The position numbers were made by a program, and so were the translations under genes. This document shows positions 42,420 to 46,109 of a stretch of DNA of 46,109 nt, piece by piece. Origin of the DNA: Candidatus Peregrinibacteria bacterium. GTDB lineage: Bacteria > Patescibacteriota > Gracilibacteria > UBA1369 > LOWO2-01-FULL-3. Location of the stretch: assembly GCA_014729275.1 (NCBI GenBank), contig WJKE01000055.1:1-46109 (forward strand). Reading direction: 5' to 3'. Every line of letters begins with the position of its first letter. The stretch's first letter is position 1. The notes beneath the pieces were generated by a model. It made no database searches. It was not told the origin of the DNA and was given only the letters and a program-made list of their open reading frames with translations.

Positions 42420-43607
42420 ATGGATAGCGAAATTCAAAAATTATTGGATAGAGGAACAGTAGATGTAATTGTTAGAGAAGAACTTGAGTCAAAACTAAAA
42501 TCAGGAAAAAAACTAAAAATAAAATTGGGAATCGACCCCACAGGTGCTGATTTACACCTGGGGCATATGGTTGTAATTAAAAAATTAAGAGAATTCCAAC
42601 AAGCAGGACACAATATACAGTTTTTATTCGGGAATTTTACAGGTCAAATAGGGGACCCGACTGACAAACTAGACTCTAGACCAATAAAAACACAAAATGA
42701 GCTGGAAAAAAATGCAGCAAAATATCTGGAACAAGTTGGAATTATTTTAGATACAAAAAATGTAGATGTGTTTTGGAATGCAGAATGGCTGAGTGCTTTA
42801 ACTTTTGCTGATGTGATAAAGCTGGCACAATGCTTTACTGTTCATCAAATGCTTGAAAGAGATATGTATGAAGAAAGAATTAAGAAAGAATTACCAATTT
42901 ACATTCACGAATTCCTATACCCCTTAATGCAGGGATACGATTCTGTAGCATTAAAGTCTGATCTAGAGCTTGGTGGAACAGATCAAACATTCAATTTACT
43001 GGCTGGTAGAACAATTCAAAAAAGCTATGGAATTGAAGCTCAAAATGTATTAACCGTTCCTATTCTTGTAGGTACGGACGGGAAAGAAAAAATGGGAAAA
43101 AGTCTTAATAATTACATTGGCGTAACTGAAAGTGCAAAAGAAATGTTCGGCAAAACAATGTCAATTCCGGACGATGTTATTATTGACTATTTTATCCTAA
43201 CAACCGATTTAGAATTAAAAAAAATTGATGAATATAAAAAAGCTTTAAAATCGGGCGAAAATCCCAGAAATGTAAAAATAGCACTGGCTAAAGAAATAAT
43301 TACACTTTACCACTCAAAAGAAGCTGCATCACAGGCGGAAAAAGAATTTGAAAAAATTTTTGTAAACAAAGGCCTACCGGATCAAATAGAATTAGCCAAT
43401 TTAAGCAAAAATAAATGGGGAGTATTGGATCTATTTACGGAAACAAATTTATGCAGCTCAAAAGGGGAGGTAAGAAGATTAATACAGAATGGCGGAATAA
43501 AAGTTGATGGAGAAAAAATTTCAAACATAGACGAAGAAATAGATATAAAAGAAGAAACACTACTACAGGTAGGTAAAAGAAAATTTTTGAAAGTTATTTC
43601 AAAGTAA
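42420..43607 (+). CDS. tyrS: Tyrosine--tRNA ligase
   Basis: 395 aa. HIGH-type motif (DLHLGHMV), KMSKS-type motif (KMGKS), GTDQ, and a C-terminal S4-like domain (SKGEVRRLIQNGGIKVDGEKI). Confidence 0.92.
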   Translation: MDSEIQKLLDRGTVDVIVREELESKLKSGKKLKIKLGIDPTGADLHLGHMVVIKKLREFQQAGHNIQFLFGNFTGQIGDPTDKLDSRPIKTQNELEKNAAKYLEQVGIILDTKNVDVFWNAEWLSALTFADVIKLAQCFTVHQMLERDMYEERIKKELPIYIHEFLYPLMQGYDSVALKSDLELGGTDQTFNLLAGRTIQKSYGIEAQNVLTVPILVGTDGKEKMGKSLNNYIGVTESAKEMFGKTMSIPDDVIIDYFILTTDLELKKIDEYKKALKSGENPRNVKIALAKEIITLYHSKEAASQAEKEFEKIFVNKGLPDQIELANLSKNKWGVLDLFTETNLCSSKGEVRRLIQNGGIKVDGEKISNIDEEIDIKEETLLQVGKRKFLKVISK

Positions 43608-45650
43608 ATGTTTAATGCAAACCTGCGAGACGAAATAAGGACTACTTCAAGACATTTGGCTAAGCTAAATGAACTGGGTGTGTATGATATTAAAGATTTT
43701 TTGTGTTACTTTCCCCGCACCTACAATGATAGCAGGAATTACACAAAAATTGCTGAAATTAGAACAGACAAAATAAACGTTGTTAAAGGAAAACTTAGCA
43801 ATTTATTTAATATGCGAACCAAATATGGGAAAAAAATTACTCGGGGAATTTTTACAGATAGTACAGGATCAATAGAAGTAGTTTGGTTTAATCAGCCACA
43901 TTTAACAAGAATGCTTCCGCGTAATGCAGAGATTGTATTAATGGGAAAAGCTAAATTTTCTTTTGGGAAGATATCACTGCAATCTCCTGCATATGAATTA
44001 TTAAATCTCTCTGAACAAATACACTCCGGAAGGATTGTTCCCATCTACCATGAAACCGAGGGAATTAATTCAAAATGGATAAGAGAAAAGCTGAAAATAG
44101 TTATAGATAAATGGGCGGATGAACTACAGGAATACCTACCGGAACAGATCATTAAAGAAAACAATCTAATACCATATAAAACCGCAATTAAAGAAGTCCA
44201 TTTCCCTTCAAGTCCGGAAAGATTAAAAAAAGCAAAGTATCGATTGGCTTTTGATGAATTATTTTTTTTACAGTTAAAAGTACTTCAAAAAAAATGGCAT
44301 TGGCAAAATATCCCAAAAGAAAACGCTAAAATAATTGAAACAAACTCAGAAATATTAAAAAAATGTATAAATAGCCTTCCATTCAAGTTAACCGGCGCGC
44401 AAAAAAAAGTAATTAAAGAAGCATTGATAGACTTAAAAAAGCCCTACCCAATGAGCAGATTAATACAAGGGGATGTAGGTTCAGGTAAAACAATAGTTGC
44501 TGCATTGATTGCACTAAATATTGTTTCTCAGGGATATCAGGCCGCCATAATGGCACCAACCGAAATTCTGGCCACGCAACATTATCGATCTTTTGTTAAA
44601 ACGCTTGGAAACTACGGATTGAACATACAATTTATTGCAGGATCAACAAAGCAAGGTTTAAAAGACGAAATAATCAAACAAATGAAGACAGGAACTGTTG
44701 ATATTGTAATAGGAACACACGCCTTAATTCAGGACAAAATCGGCTTTAAAAATCTTGGCCTGGCGATTATTGATGAACAGCACAGGTTTGGAGTAAAACA
44801 AAGAGATATTTTAAAAAGCTATGGCAGCCCCCATTTGCTCACAATGACAGCTACACCAATCCCCAGAACCTTGGCAATTACATTATATGGCGATCAGGAA
44901 TTATCAATAATAGACGAACTTCCAAAGGGCAGACAAAGCATAATCACCAAATTAGTAAGAGAAAAAGATAGAATTACAGCATATAGATGGGTAGAAGATC
45001 AAATAAAGAAGGGAAGACAAGCCTTTGTAGTATGTCCTTTGATTGAAGAATCCGAAAACCTGGACCTAAAATCTGTATTAAGCGAATACGCATATTTACA
45101 GGAACACATTTTTCCCAAACTCAAATTAGGATTATTACATGGAAAACTAAAGCAAGAAGAAAAAGACGAAATAATGGAATCCTTCAAAAAAAATGAAATA
45201 AATATATTAGTGTCAACTTCGGTAATAGAAGTAGGAATTGACGTTCCTAATGCAACAATAATGTTAATTGAAGGTGCTGAACGATTCGGTTTATCGCAAT
45301 TACATCAGTTTAGAGGGCGTGTTGGTAGGGGAGTGCACCAATCATATTGTTTTCTGTTTGCCAAAAATCTTTCAGAAGAAGGTGCTAAAAGATTAAAATC
45401 TATGGAAAAATACTCAAGCGGTTTTAAATTATCCGAAATAGATCTGGAACTTCGCGGACCCGGTGAAATTTACGGTCTAAAACAGTCCGGAATACCTGAT
45501 TTAAAAATGGCAAGCTTAAGTGATTCCAAAACCATAGAAATTTCAAGAATTGCAGCAAAAAAAATTATTAAAAAAGATGTAAAACTTGACAACTACCCCA
45601 AATTAAAAAAAATATTAAAAAACAATACAGAGACATATATAAACGATTAA
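43608..45650 (+). CDS. recG: ATP-dependent DNA helicase RecG
   Basis: 680 aa. Wedge/OB N-terminal region. Helicase motifs LIQGDVGSGKT (Walker A), DEQHRFG (motif II), TATPIPRT, and LHQFRGRVGRG (motif VI/TRG region). Confidence 0.93.
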   Translation: MFNANLRDEIRTTSRHLAKLNELGVYDIKDFLCYFPRTYNDSRNYTKIAEIRTDKINVVKGKLSNLFNMRTKYGKKITRGIFTDSTGSIEVVWFNQPHLTRMLPRNAEIVLMGKAKFSFGKISLQSPAYELLNLSEQIHSGRIVPIYHETEGINSKWIREKLKIVIDKWADELQEYLPEQIIKENNLIPYKTAIKEVHFPSSPERLKKAKYRLAFDELFFLQLKVLQKKWHWQNIPKENAKIIETNSEILKKCINSLPFKLTGAQKKVIKEALIDLKKPYPMSRLIQGDVGSGKTIVAALIALNIVSQGYQAAIMAPTEILATQHYRSFVKTLGNYGLNIQFIAGSTKQGLKDEIIKQMKTGTVDIVIGTHALIQDKIGFKNLGLAIIDEQHRFGVKQRDILKSYGSPHLLTMTATPIPRTLAITLYGDQELSIIDELPKGRQSIITKLVREKDRITAYRWVEDQIKKGRQAFVVCPLIEESENLDLKSVLSEYAYLQEHIFPKLKLGLLHGKLKQEEKDEIMESFKKNEINILVSTSVIEVGIDVPNATIMLIEGAERFGLSQLHQFRGRVGRGVHQSYCFLFAKNLSEEGAKRLKSMEKYSSGFKLSEIDLELRGPGEIYGLKQSGIPDLKMASLSDSKTIEISRIAAKKIIKKDVKLDNYPKLKKILKNNTETYIND

Positions 45651-45667
45651 TATACAATGTTTTTTTT
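45633..45667 (+). terminator. Weak candidate intrinsic terminator after recG
   Basis: An imperfect AT-rich hairpin (ACATATAT ... ATATAcaATGT) spans the recG stop codon and is followed by T8 (45660-45667). The stem is short, AT-only and bulged. Confidence 0.25.
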
Positions 45668-46017
45668 AAAAGTATACAGGAATAAATTTTAAAAAGGATA
45701 TATAAGTCCACCCAAATAATAAAGGGGGCTCAAAACGGCTAAAATGAGTATAGGGCTAGAGATAGGGCATAAACCGTAATCAAGCTTCTAATTTTGTAGT
45801 CGAAATTAATTTCTACTGTTTGACAGACATATTTATGAAACAATTTTAATTATTACAAAAACTAAAACATTATTAAAAAATATATATTTAGTAAAAAAAC
45901 ATTAAATTTTGACACCACTCTTGAAAAGCTATTTTTATTAGCACAAGATACATTGTGCAAACTTAAATTTCTTGTATAAACAACACCCTATCATAACATG
46001 GACTACAAATTAACTAT

Positions 46018-46109
46018 TCAGCTAAGTTCTTTTAGCATGTATGTACCCTTTAACTCATATCCCTTCTTCTTATAATATTCCCTAGTTCCTATTCCGGCAA
46101 TAATCGCCA
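46018..46109 (-). CDS. 3' end of a gene running off the window; C-terminus resembles a GNAT acetyltransferase
   Basis: The reverse strand translates to ...AIIAGIGTREYYKKKGYELKGTYMLKELS* with the stop at 46018-46020. The ..YYKKKGYE.. segment resembles the GNAT C-terminal fY.k.GF motif. Only 29 codons are visible. Confidence 0.3.
   Translation of the reverse strand, partial: AIIAGIGTREYYKKKGYELKGTYMLKELS

Noticed and set aside
45793-45826. AATTTCTACTGTT (45808-45820), which matches the start of the Cas12a/Cpf1 crRNA repeat stem-loop (AATTTCTACTGTTGTAGAT)
   Set aside because: It occurs only once. It is followed by TGACAGAC rather than GTAGAT, so the stem is not formed. There is no repeat-spacer periodicity and no cas genes in the window. 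It is probably chance in AT-rich DNA, and could be re-examined if a Cas12a locus exists beyond the window edge.
45651-46017. Replication origin / DnaA-box cluster in the long AT-rich spacer
   Set aside because: Only a weak partial match (AAGTCCACC) to the TTATCCACA consensus was found. There is no cluster of boxes and no dnaA/dnaN nearby.

Overview
AT-rich (about one-third G+C by eye), extremely gene-dense bacterial chromosomal segment with about 45 protein genes and 2 tRNAs in 46 kb. It reads in the standard genetic code. No rRNA, CRISPR array, transposase or integrase was seen. All calls come from reading the ORF translations for family motifs; no searches were run.

Housekeeping genes: murC, cysS, queA, murJ, rpsB, tsf, der, uvrC, thiI, obg, pth, rplU, an RluD-type pseudouridine synthase, tyrS and recG. 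There is also an initiator tRNA-fMet and a tRNA-Leu(CAA).

Cofactor modules:
- ribBA-ribD, fused onto the rpsB-tsf operon.
- A seven-gene folate/pABA super-operon: folP, a PTPS-like gene, folK, folE, pabA, pabB, pabC.

A small T4SS-pilin-like membrane protein, tiny spacers, overlapping convergent gene ends and almost no Shine-Dalgarno signal suggest a small-genome uncultivated (Patescibacteria/CPR-like) bacterium. That is inference only.

Most interesting content:
1. A two-gene cassette (5853-9828). It encodes a secreted PKD + 7TM protein and a tri-domain enzyme: ATP-grasp ligase, retropepsin-like peptidase and MATCAP/DUF1704-like metallopeptidase.
2. A partner-switching system split over two loci, with no sigma factor in sight. 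One locus is RsbW-like kinase, STAS with a ~230-aa Pro/Ala/Gln/Thr/Glu tail, and a PrsW protease. The other is a transporter-HEAT fusion, STAS and a HAMP-PP2C phosphatase.
3. A UvrC carrying an internal GNAT-like insertion and lacking the C-terminal (HhH)2 domain.
4. An exosortase/archaeosortase-family protein, with a possible C-terminal sorting-signal substrate elsewhere in the window.
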